Of a stretch of 64,000 nucleotides of DNA, positions 37,106 through 47,000 are shown one piece after another. A model generated the notes under the pieces. The model searched no databases. It was not told where the DNA came from and was given only the letters and a program-made list of their open reading frames with translations. Origin of the DNA: Polyangiaceae bacterium (lineage in GTDB: Bacteria; Myxococcota_A; Polyangia; Polyangiales; Polyangiaceae). Within the stretch, counting starts at the first letter, position 1. Each line of letters starts with the position of its first letter. Made by a program: the position numbers and the translations under genes. The stretch spans positions 288,001-352,000 of the forward strand of contig JBILLK010000005.1 of the NCBI GenBank assembly GCA_044376115.1, in the 5' to 3' direction.

Positions 37106-39046
37106 ATGACGACCTCGACGACCCTTCCTGCTGGCGCGATCCGCCTGGGTGCTGATTTTGCGCAAAACCTGCTGCGGGCTTTGCCGCGCCTGCTTGCTGA
37201 AGGGGCCATGCCCGAGGATTGGGATCCGCGGGCGACGACCTATGATCTGATGCGCTTTGATTCGGATGAGGCGTTCGCGCAGCGTTTTGAGCAGGCGCTC
37301 GGGGAGCTCGTCAGTGGGCCGCTGGAGGGCCCGCAGCTGCGTGAGCGGCTCGCTGCCGTTGGGCTGCCGTTTGACTACGCTCGGCTTGGTCAGCCGCTGG
37401 CGACGCTTGTGGAGCTTTACCTTCAGGCCCGCACGCAGGCAGCGCGCTGCTTCTCCTTCGCCTCGGTGACCAAGCCATGGCTCGCCGTGATTGAAGCGCC
37501 AGGCCGGGTCCTACCAGTACATATCTATGCAGAAGCGAGCTTGCCGATCTCGCCGGCCAAAGCAGCCGCGTTGCGCGCCGAGGGCGTGGAGTTATTCGAG
37601 AATTGGCGCGCGCCGCTGCCGGCGCCCAACCCCAAGGTGCTCACTGTGCTCGTCGCCGAGAAGGCGTTTGACGGGGACGTGCGCAGCCTCGCGGCGGACG
37701 CTGTGTGCTTCGCCCTGCCCGCGGCTGGGCCTGCGGCGGGCGGTATCCTATTGATTCGCGACACCGCACGCATCGAGCCGCGCAGCATCCAGCTGATTCG
37801 TAAACGCACCGTGGCCTCCTTGCTCGCAGCCGATGCACGAGCCGAGCTCTCACGGGTCGCCGGGCAGCCCGTCCCGGTGCTCGACGAAGCGACGCCGGCG
37901 ACCTGCGATACAAAGTTACGAGCGTTGTTCCCGCAGCTGAAGGAGAGCCTCTACTTCTGTACCGGACTCGCAGCCGAGGCCGCGGTCTTCAGCGCGGCTG
38001 CCGAGGTGCTGGGCCCCAAGCCGGTCGCCTTGTTCTACGCCCAGAACGGCTATGGCGGTACCGGGCAATTGATTAGCGAGCTGCTCTCACGCGGCGGCGC
38101 CATTACACCGAGGCCGCTCGCTGTATTCGGTTCGGACGCGAGCGGGCGCAAGCTCACCTTGGTTGATCGTGTGCTCGCCGGCCTCGAGGAGCTCAAAGGA
38201 GCACCGGCCTGCGTGTTCCTTGAGACGCCCACCAATCCCGAGCTGCAGGCGCACGACTTCGATACCTTGATGAACGGGCTGCGTGCCGACGCTCAACGTT
38301 GGGACCGCAAAGTACCCATCATCGTGGATACAACGCTCGCGCCGCTGTTCCCGATCTTCGCCAAGTCCTTCTCCGCCGGCTGGCCCTTCATCTTAGTAAA
38401 AAGCGGGTCGAAGTACTTTACGAAGGGCAAGGCCACGCTCGGGGTCGCCGCTTGTGCCGATGAGCCCGTTGCCCTCGCCATCTTAAGGCGCGCCCGTGAG
38501 CTTGCTACCGACGCAGACTCCTTCGCTCGGCCGCACCAACTGGCTCAATTGAGCGCAGGCTTGGAGGACCTCCCGGCGCGGATGAAGGCCATTAGCGCTC
38601 ACACCATTCGGCTGGCGAGCGGCCTGCGGGAGGCGCTGCGCTCGCGCGGTCACGAAATAACGCTGTATGCGATCACCGAGTCGCAGGTAGCGGAGGGCCT
38701 AGGGACCGGCATGCTCTCTTTTTATCTGCCGCCTGCGTCAACGACCCATGCCGACCTGTGCGATGAGTTCGTTGACTACCTACTAAAGAACGCGCCTAGC
38801 TTGGTAAAAAGCCGGGTCAGCTACGGTCAATCCACCGGCAACGGCCAGCCCGACTACTTCTATGTCATCAATCCGGAGGAGTCGACGCAGGGGGCGTTGT
38901 CTGCCGAGGTGAAGAACGCGCAGAAGCAGAACAACGTACAAATCTGCCGGATCTCGGTGCCCGAGCTCGCCAACGTGGACGGGCTGCTGAGCGCGATGGA
39001 TGGCTTCTTTACGCTGAAGTACGGCCCCAAGCGGTCCCAAGCATGA
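37106..39046 (+). CDS. Extended Cys/Met-metabolism PLP-dependent enzyme (cystathionine gamma-synthase/lyase-like)
   Basis: YGGT, FLETPTNP, IVDTT, SGSKY (PLP lysine), SYG; about 250 aa longer than canonical members. Confidence 0.82.
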   Translation: MTTSTTLPAGAIRLGADFAQNLLRALPRLLAEGAMPEDWDPRATTYDLMRFDSDEAFAQRFEQALGELVSGPLEGPQLRERLAAVGLPFDYARLGQPLATLVELYLQARTQAARCFSFASVTKPWLAVIEAPGRVLPVHIYAEASLPISPAKAAALRAEGVELFENWRAPLPAPNPKVLTVLVAEKAFDGDVRSLAADAVCFALPAAGPAAGGILLIRDTARIEPRSIQLIRKRTVASLLAADARAELSRVAGQPVPVLDEATPATCDTKLRALFPQLKESLYFCTGLAAEAAVFSAAAEVLGPKPVALFYAQNGYGGTGQLISELLSRGGAITPRPLAVFGSDASGRKLTLVDRVLAGLEELKGAPACVFLETPTNPELQAHDFDTLMNGLRADAQRWDRKVPIIVDTTLAPLFPIFAKSFSAGWPFILVKSGSKYFTKGKATLGVAACADEPVALAILRRARELATDADSFARPHQLAQLSAGLEDLPARMKAISAHTIRLASGLREALRSRGHEITLYAITESQVAEGLGTGMLSFYLPPASTTHADLCDEFVDYLLKNAPSLVKSRVSYGQSTGNGQPDYFYVINPEESTQGALSAEVKNAQKQNNVQICRISVPELANVDGLLSAMDGFFTLKYGPKRSQA

Positions 39047-40095
39047 GCCGGCGCGGAGCGTTTAACCAGCTATCGCTTGTGCAGCGTTTGGCTCGGCTCT
39101 CAACCTTAGCGCTCGGAGCGTGGGCAGCGCTCGCAGGCTGCTCCGACTCCACGCCAGTCGCTGGGAGCGCAGCTGTCTCGACGCCTCAATCCGCCTCCGT
39201 CAGCGCGCCGATCGCGAGCTCCTCGGGCATGCAACCTGCGCCCGCTGCCAGCTCCGCTCCCAGCGCCCTATCGCCTCCCGCTTGGACGGTCCCGCGCACG
39301 GCCTCGAGCCTGCCCACCGAGGCGGATTGGGACGCTGGCAAGGTCGACGCCGAAACCTCGAAGGAAGGCCGCTCGACGTTGTGCACGATGCGGCTCATTC
39401 GCGAGTGGGCCGCCATTCGCTGCGCGAACGGTATCGCGCTGATCACGCAGCAGCGCGATCTCGGCAAGTCCGGAACCGACTACGTCGTTGGCACCTCGAG
39501 CGGCGTGACGACCTTCATCCGCCTGCGACCGGGCGCTGCAGGCTTCGCCAAGTTCACCTCCGAGAGCGACCGCGAGGCCTTCTTCTCCTACAGCTGGGCG
39601 AACGCGGAGCCCGCACCGCGCTACCTCCTACTCAGCGAGAAGAACCGCCATCGCGAGGTGCTCACGCGCGCTGACACCCCCGCAAGCGATGCCGTCCCTG
39701 CGATCGTGACGCCGCTTGGGACGCGCCCGAGCCTTGGTGATTGGTCGAGCGCAACGCGGCTCACCGGTGGGGCCTCTGCGCCCAGCGATTGTGCGCTGCT
39801 GGTATTGAACGATTGGCTGCGCATCGACTGCGTAAAACCGCTCTCCTCCGACTCGTTCGATCAGTACACCTTCAATGCGATCGACGGTCTCGGTCAGAAG
39901 GGCAAAGACCACTACGCCCAGACGGCGGGCATCGTTAGCAATGAGCTCGTCGTCGAGTTGCGGATGGTGAAGGGGCGTCAGAAAGCCAAGATCGTGACCA
40001 GCCCAATCACCGGCAACCACCACGTCCTCACGGTGGATTGGCCGGAAACTGCAGACCGGCCCCAAAGCGTCGCCCTCGCGGGCAATCGTAAGTAG
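39043..40095 (+). CDS. Lipoprotein with two copies of an unnamed Trp/Cys domain
   Basis: LAGC lipobox, Ser/Ala/Pro linker, two P[TS]xx[DE]W...C-x6-[DE]W-x2-I-x-C repeats. Confidence 0.8.
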   Translation: MSRRGAFNQLSLVQRLARLSTLALGAWAALAGCSDSTPVAGSAAVSTPQSASVSAPIASSSGMQPAPAASSAPSALSPPAWTVPRTASSLPTEADWDAGKVDAETSKEGRSTLCTMRLIREWAAIRCANGIALITQQRDLGKSGTDYVVGTSSGVTTFIRLRPGAAGFAKFTSESDREAFFSYSWANAEPAPRYLLLSEKNRHREVLTRADTPASDAVPAIVTPLGTRPSLGDWSSATRLTGGASAPSDCALLVLNDWLRIDCVKPLSSDSFDQYTFNAIDGLGQKGKDHYAQTAGIVSNELVVELRMVKGRQKAKIVTSPITGNHHVLTVDWPETADRPQSVALAGNRK

Positions 40096-40122
40096 CGCAC
40101 CTCTGTTCGATAGCGCGGCTGC

Positions 40123-40932
40123 TCATTCCTTGCGTTGGAACCACGGACGGCTGCCAATCCAGCCGCCCATCGACTGCACCACGACGACCGCGACGGCCAG
40201 GCCAACCATCGCTGCGGTGAGGGCGACAAACACCGAGAATTCTCCACTCGAAAGTCGACCACCCATGGCGATCGAGAGCGACCAGCCGAGCATGAACGCG
40301 ACGAAGCTCCAGAGCAGGATCGAGAACACCGGCGGTAAAAAAAAGGTGGCCTCGTGGGCGGCAAGGGCGCCTTCGGTCCACATACGAATCTCGGCCCCGT
40401 CCGCCTTGAACTCCCAACGTTTGAGCGAACCATTGTCGCGGTAACCAGCCTTACGCTTGCGCACGACGGCCTGCAGCTCACCCTCCACCCATACTCGCTC
40501 GCCGTCGGTAAGATCATATTCAACCGAGCGCCGCTCTGGCCCATTCCGCTCGCGCGCGGCTGTCTCCAGCGTCCAGCCACTATCACGTAGACAGACGCGG
40601 ACCTTTTCACCGTTATCGGTCAAAAGATTGAAGCTGCGCGCCTCTTGTCGAGTCTCAGCGCGCTTCCAATAGCGCTCTCGGCCGGAGACCACGATGACCG
40701 ATACGTTGCAGCCTGAAGCAAGTACGTCGTGCTCACTTCGGCGCCGCTTCTTCGCGATACCGTTGAGGCGACAATAGCCCTCCCTCAGTTCGAGCGGTGG
40801 CCGAGCGAGCTTCTTGCGTTGTTCGGCGAGTTGCCGTGAGCGCTTCCAGCGATAAGCGATGAACGTTGTGATCACCGCCGCCCCCGAGAGCGCAGACCCA
40901 AGCGCGCTAACTGCTTCGATCGCCCCAGCCAC
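40123..40932 (-). CDS. Hypothetical membrane protein (GIDE-like topology)
   Basis: N-terminal TM, basic soluble domain (GERVWVEG, GYR), two C-terminal TMs. Confidence 0.6.
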   Translation of the reverse strand: MAGAIEAVSALGSALSGAAVITTFIAYRWKRSRQLAEQRKKLARPPLELREGYCRLNGIAKKRRRSEHDVLASGCNVSVIVVSGRERYWKRAETRQEARSFNLLTDNGEKVRVCLRDSGWTLETAARERNGPERRSVEYDLTDGERVWVEGELQAVVRKRKAGYRDNGSLKRWEFKADGAEIRMWTEGALAAHEATFFLPPVFSILLWSFVAFMLGWSLSIAMGGRLSSGEFSVFVALTAAMVGLAVAVVVVQSMGGWIGSRPWFQRKE

Positions 40933-41110
40933 CCTGCACAGCTAGCACAGGTCGCTTGGAGGCGTCTGTCTGACAGTAAGATCGGGAGGACGGCCGCTGA
41001 GAGCCAAGTTTTAGCGTGCTGCTGTGCCGAAATCTGCGCGCTAGGCGCACTTGTGCGTTCCATGTTGACCGCGGGTCAATTAGCCTCGGCTGGGTCAAGG
41101 AGGCGTTTGC

Positions 41111-44011
41111 ATGAGCTTCGCGCGCGTGGGTTTGTGGGGTCGCGGTTCCGCCCGATGGGTGGTTTTGCTCCTGGGCCTGTGGTTCTGGCTGCAAGCGCGC
41201 GAGGCCGTCGCGGCGCCGAGCACGGTCGAGGTGCTCTCCGACGCTCCCGACCGTACGGTGCTCCGCTTCGATCTTTACGACTATGAACTAGCGCCGCTGC
41301 TAATCGGCAATGAGGTCGCGAGCGAGGTGGAGCTGCGGCGGGCCGCTCGAACCTTGCGCGCGGGCGTACCCGACCTCCCCACCGTTACGCGCAGCATCTT
41401 GATCGCGGATGACGCCGAGGTTGCGGTCAACGTAGTCTCCGCGAGTTATCACGATGTCGCTGATATAGTTATAGCGCCGTCGAAGGGGAACATCACGAGG
41501 GACGTTGATCCGGACAGTGTGCCCTTCAGCTTCGGGGCGGACTACCAGCTCAACCAGGTGTTCCCCGGCGAGCTCGCGACGTTGGGCGAGCCGTACCTGC
41601 TGCGCGATTATCGGGGTATTGCGGTAACATTTCAGCCCTTTCAGTTTAACCCGCAGGCTCGAAGCCTCCGAGTGTATGACAGCATCACCGTCGAGGTCGT
41701 GCGCACAGGTTCAAGTCAGCTCAACGTGCTCCCTGCTGGCTTGGCGCTCAATCCAAGCCGTGCCTTTCGCGAGCTCGCGAGTCGGCACTTTCTCAATCAT
41801 GGCTCCAAGGCCGCCTACTCGCCGCTCGATGAAGAGGGCTCGCTGCTGATCATCGCGCACGACGCCTATCTTCCGAACGTCCAGCCGCTCGTCGCTCATA
41901 AGAACGCGATCGGCATTCCGACGACGGCGGTTGGTATCTCCACCGTGGGTAACAGCGCTGGCGCCATCAAGTCGTATATCCAAAGCCAATATGGTGCTGG
42001 CAACCTCGCCTTCGTGCTTTTGGTGGGGGACGTAAGTCAGGTCGCGACGCCGTATGCCTCAGGAGGCGCAGCAGACCCGACCTACGCCAAACTAGCCGGT
42101 AATGACAATTACCCCGACGTCATCGTCGGACGCTTCTCTGCCTCGAGCGCGGCCCATGTCGATACGCAGGTCGCCCGCACCATCGAGTACGAGACCAGCC
42201 AGGCGCCCCAGCAGCCGTGGTTTCGCAAGGCGATCGGCATCGGCTCGGAGGAGGGCCCTGGCGACGATAACCAGTACGACTACGAGCATATCGACGAGAT
42301 ACGCACCAAGCTACTGGGCGCCGGCTTTACGCAGGTGGACAAGTTCTACGGCTATAACGCCGACGCCACCGATGTCGTGAACGCGCTCAACCAAGGTCGT
42401 GGGCTCATCAACTATTGTGGTCACGGCAGCCCGACGCAGTTTGGCACCACGGGCTTTTCGACCTACGAAGTGCCTCAGCTCGAGAACGCAGGCATGTTGC
42501 CGTTCGTGCTCAGCGTGGCCTGCAACGCGGGTGAGTTCGATACCGGTACCTGCCTCGGTGAAGCCATGTTGCGCGCAACCTCCGGCGGGGAAGCGACCGG
42601 CGCCGTTGCAGTTTACGCCTCGAGCATCGCGCAGTCGTGGAACCCGCCGATGGAGGCCCAAGACGAATTCAACGATCTCTTCATCGCAGGGACGTACTCC
42701 AGCTTGGGCACGCTCTTCTACGCGGGCTCGGCCCAGATGATGGACGCCTACGGCGCCGATGGCGCAGCGATGTTCAGCACCTGGCACCTCTTCGGCGATC
42801 CGTCGCTGCAGGTGATCGGCAGTGTCGAGCCGGCGAGCGGTATGTCGGTTACGCCCGAAGAGAGCTTCGCCGCAAGCGGTCCCGAAGCGGGGCCGTTTGA
42901 CCCGGGGAGCAAGAGCTATACGTTACAGAATGTCGGCGACGCACCGATTGCGTTTAGCGTTTCGGGCGCTCCGGCTTGGTTAACCGTCAATCCGAGCAGC
43001 GGCACGATCGAGGCAGGGTCTTCGGTCGAGGTCGTCGTGGCGCTCGGGGGGACGGCGAGCGGCTTGCTCTCTGGCCAATACAACGGCCATCTCACCATCA
43101 CGAATGAAACCACGCACGAAGGGGATACCCAGCGGTCGGTCTCGCTCTCGGTCGGGGAGCCTGAGTCTGTGCATCGCTGGCCGCTCGATACAAACCCGGG
43201 CTGGGTCATGGAAGGCGCGTGGGCCTTTGGTCAACCGATGGGCGCAGGGTCGAGCGAAGACCTAGGCTTTCCCGATCCGACCTCCGGGCACACCGGCAAC
43301 AACGTGCTCGGCTTCAATCTGAATGGCGACTACGCGAATGACCTGCCGGAGACCAACCTGACCACCACGGCGATCGACTGCAGCGACGTCAGTAACGCCA
43401 AGCTCAGCTTCTGGCGTTGGCTCAACCTCGAGGGCGCCGAGTACGACCATGCCTACGTCAAGGTCAGCACCGACGGCGTCAGCTGGACGACGGTTTGGCA
43501 GAACGCTCAGGACATAACGGATAATCAGTGGAACTTGGTGGAACTCGATATATCGGCCATCGCTGACGGACAACCCACTGTCTACCTGCGCTGGACGATG
43601 GGCGCGACCGATGGCGGACTCGTCGGCTCTGGCTGGAACCTGGACGACATCGAGATAAGCGGCTTCCAGGAGCAGGGCTGCGCTGATGGGGACGTGGATG
43701 GCGACGGCGATCCAAATCCTCCCTGCGGCGGCGGAGATTGCAATGACCAGGACCCGACGGTCCATTTGGGTGCGCAGGAGTTCTGCGACGGGCAAGATAA
43801 CGACTGCGATGGGGAAGTGGATGAAGCTTGCAGTGGCGAGAACCCGAGCGGAGGTCCAGGCCCTGATGACGCGGGCCAAGAGGAGAGCAATCGCGACTTG
43901 CGTGGGACCTATTGCGGTCTTGCGCACGACGCAGATGGGCGAGCCTTGGCTTGCACATGGCTGCTCATTTGCTTCCCGCTTTTGCTGCGTAGACGGCGCG
44001 CCTCGCAGTAG
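41111..44011 (+). CDS. C25 family cysteine peptidase (Arg-gingipain-like) with propeptide, BACON-like, adhesin-like, MopE-type metal-binding motif and MYXO-CTERM-like tail
   Basis: IAPSKG propeptide, VLLVGD, VGRFSA, NYCGHGS (catalytic His), VACNAGEF (catalytic Cys), QSWNPPM, LFGDPS; DCND...CDGQDNDCDG; tail YC...LLICFPLLLRRRR. Confidence 0.92.
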   Translation: MSFARVGLWGRGSARWVVLLLGLWFWLQAREAVAAPSTVEVLSDAPDRTVLRFDLYDYELAPLLIGNEVASEVELRRAARTLRAGVPDLPTVTRSILIADDAEVAVNVVSASYHDVADIVIAPSKGNITRDVDPDSVPFSFGADYQLNQVFPGELATLGEPYLLRDYRGIAVTFQPFQFNPQARSLRVYDSITVEVVRTGSSQLNVLPAGLALNPSRAFRELASRHFLNHGSKAAYSPLDEEGSLLIIAHDAYLPNVQPLVAHKNAIGIPTTAVGISTVGNSAGAIKSYIQSQYGAGNLAFVLLVGDVSQVATPYASGGAADPTYAKLAGNDNYPDVIVGRFSASSAAHVDTQVARTIEYETSQAPQQPWFRKAIGIGSEEGPGDDNQYDYEHIDEIRTKLLGAGFTQVDKFYGYNADATDVVNALNQGRGLINYCGHGSPTQFGTTGFSTYEVPQLENAGMLPFVLSVACNAGEFDTGTCLGEAMLRATSGGEATGAVAVYASSIAQSWNPPMEAQDEFNDLFIAGTYSSLGTLFYAGSAQMMDAYGADGAAMFSTWHLFGDPSLQVIGSVEPASGMSVTPEESFAASGPEAGPFDPGSKSYTLQNVGDAPIAFSVSGAPAWLTVNPSSGTIEAGSSVEVVVALGGTASGLLSGQYNGHLTITNETTHEGDTQRSVSLSVGEPESVHRWPLDTNPGWVMEGAWAFGQPMGAGSSEDLGFPDPTSGHTGNNVLGFNLNGDYANDLPETNLTTTAIDCSDVSNAKLSFWRWLNLEGAEYDHAYVKVSTDGVSWTTVWQNAQDITDNQWNLVELDISAIADGQPTVYLRWTMGATDGGLVGSGWNLDDIEISGFQEQGCADGDVDGDGDPNPPCGGGDCNDQDPTVHLGAQEFCDGQDNDCDGEVDEACSGENPSGGPGPDDAGQEESNRDLRGTYCGLAHDADGRALACTWLLICFPLLLRRRRASQ

Positions 44012-44043
44012 ACGAAGCGCCGCGGCTCCGCGAGAATGCGCCC

Positions 44044-47000
44044 ATGCTTCGATCGTTCGTCTTGGGCGCTCTCACCCTCACCATGGTCTCCGCCTGCGCG
44101 GAGGAACGCGCACCCATCAATCGTGTACAGCCGAATGCTCTTCCTAAGAGCTACTTCGTCGGAGACTTGGCTGACCGCGCCGATGACCCTGAGTTCTATA
44201 TGCGCAATACCGTGGTGGACGTATCCGCCGGAGCGGGCTCTGACGGCCTGTTCACCAGCTCGGACGCGCAGCCGGTTTCACGGGTTCGCTTTGAGATAAC
44301 GGAGCAGTTGTTGATCGCGCGGCTCACCTACGAGCTCGTCGACAATACCGATGGTAAGGGTGCACGCCGCACGCCCGATGGGCAGATCGTTGCGGCCTAC
44401 ACCATCCAAAGTCACTTTGACATTCAGCGGGACTACCTCGCTTCAACTGGCGAAAATACCAACGTAATCGTCGAGAATGTGACGGACCTGCCTTGGAACG
44501 AGCGCAAGTTCTTTCGCGTCGACTGGTCGAAGAACCTAATCACTGACGCTTACAACCTCGATACGCTCTCCCAGCTCGGGATCTACTACGGGGTGCAATG
44601 GGACCCGGTCTCCTATTACGTCAATGATCCAGCAGACGATGACCATCCGCTGTTCGACCTCGAGAACGGCTACTTTGATGTGACCCACAAGGCGCTCGCC
44701 TCGCCGGTGGTGATCGAGGACCCGTATTGGGGTAACTTCCCCGCCTGTTGGTTAATAGGGGATTTCCCGACCACCAATTGCAATCCCAGTGAAGTAACGC
44801 TGCGCCAGGCGTTCCTCAAGGTCGTAGACCGAGACTACGAGCCGCTCGCCATCGACGGGACGATGATGGATATGTTCGGCTACTTTACGATGGACCGCTT
44901 CGGCTATGACCGCCGCTACGGCGTCGTAGATGATCAGTGGCGTCGCTTTGCTACTCGGTGGAACTTCTACGAGCGCTCCCACGCCGAGCCGGAGCTTCAA
45001 TGCAATAGCGAGGAGACTACGCCTGCGGGCGCTGATCCGCATCGCGATGAAGACGCGAACGGCACCGAGGATGAGTGTGAGGCCGTCGGCAACGGTTCGC
45101 GTTGCGACGCTACCGTGGGGCTTTGTACGCTGCCGTTGCGCGAGCGCACAATCAAGACCATCCCGTGGCACGTCAACGCCGACTTCCCCGAAGACCTCTA
45201 TGACGGCACGGTGGAAGCGCTCGAGGCATGGAACAACGCCATGCGAACGGCGGTGCTCGCTGGTCGTTTGGCTGAATGTCGCCGTACGGGTGGGACCTCC
45301 TGTGAGCAGGATCTCGGCTGGCCGGCTCGCTGGAGCGACGATTTTACGCCGCCCAAAGGCAGCGAGAGCCCAGCGCAGGTACCGGACATCTTCGTCCTTT
45401 GTCACAACCCTGTAGACCCGGAGAAGGGGGACGCTGAGGTTTGCGGGGCGCCCGGTACATCGCCGCGGCTGGGAGATTTACGCTTCAACCAAATGACCAT
45501 TATCGACGACGTGGAGTTCATGTCGCCGTGGGGCATCATGATGGACGCTGAGGATCCGCTCACCGGTGAGAAGATCGCCGGTAGCGTGAATCAGTGGGCC
45601 TACGTGCTCGATCGCTCGGCCTCGAATCTGGTGGACATCTTGGCGCTGCTCAACGGTGAGATCTCGGCGGACGAGTTCCTGTCGGGGGAGAACGTCTCGT
45701 CTTGGGTAGAGCAGAATCAGAAGTCTGGTGCGGCCAGTAAGCAGAAGGCCCTGTCCAAGGAGGAGCTCAGCTCGCGTTTAGGCGCCTATCAGAACGAGAC
45801 GATGGCGCCCTACTTCGAGAACATGCCCAAGGGCAAGCCTGGCCTCCCGCCGCAGGGCAAGCACTCGTTGCGCTATGAGGCGCTGGTCGAGAGTGGGCGC
45901 CTGGGGCCGGGCAATACGGCGCTCGCAGCGCGGCTCGGGCAACTGCGCAATACCACTGTAGAGGCGACGATGGCCACCCCGGAGATGGTGCAGGCGGTAG
46001 GCGCGGATCCGACGGCGCCGCCCACACCGGAGGTGATTCAGCGGGCTTCACCGTTTGGCCGGGCCAACCCCACGATTCGGCGCGCCGAACGTCGGGCCGA
46101 GCGTCACGCGGTTGCAGAACGTCACTCCTGTCGTCGTGAGGCTCCCGAGGCTGATTACTTGATCGGCATGGCGCAGCTGGCTCAGTCGCTGTTCCCTTCG
46201 CCGGATCCGGAGGACAAGGCGGCTGTCTTGGCTCATCGAGAAGAGGTGTACAACTGGGCTCGCCGCGAAACGAGCAAGGGCGTCATGGCGCACGAGATCG
46301 GCCACTCCATGGGGCTGCGCCACAACTTCGCCGCTACCTTTGATTCGCTCAACTACGACAAGAAGTATTGGCAGCTGCGCACCCAGAACGGCAGCGTGGA
46401 GCAAGACTGCGCCGAGGGTGAAGTGGATGGCGCTGATTGTATTGGTCCCCGCTACAAGGACCCAATCACCGAACAAGAGGTCTCTAACAATATATCGCGC
46501 TATTCGACGACTAGCGTCATGGACTATCCCGGGGATCAGAGCCAGGACATGACCATCGCCGGCTCCTATGACCGTGCGGCGCTGCGCTTCGGCTATGGCG
46601 GCGTGGTCGATGTTTGGGCCGCTGACGGCGTATCGGTGGACGGCAGTGGCGCTGGCCAGGCGAAGGCGTATGAGCTAACCGCCTTTACCACGAGCCCCGG
46701 CCTATTCGGCGTTATGTACTTTGCGCCGGTGGACGTGACCGAGCCTTACATCTTCCGTCACTATTCGAGCTACCAGCGAGAGTTCGGCGTTCTGGGCGAG
46801 TGCAGCGCTTCGGACGGGACCAACGCTGTGCTTGGTGAGGAGTGCAACGGCGCCCCGATGGACGTCGTTGATTATCGGGATATGGCGGACTTCGCCATCG
46901 ATCCTGACTACGAAGACTTCTCCTGGGCGTTGCAACCGCGAGCCGTTGCGCCCGACGGCCGCGTTCGTCGCGGTTACATGTTCTCGTCGGATGAGTATGC

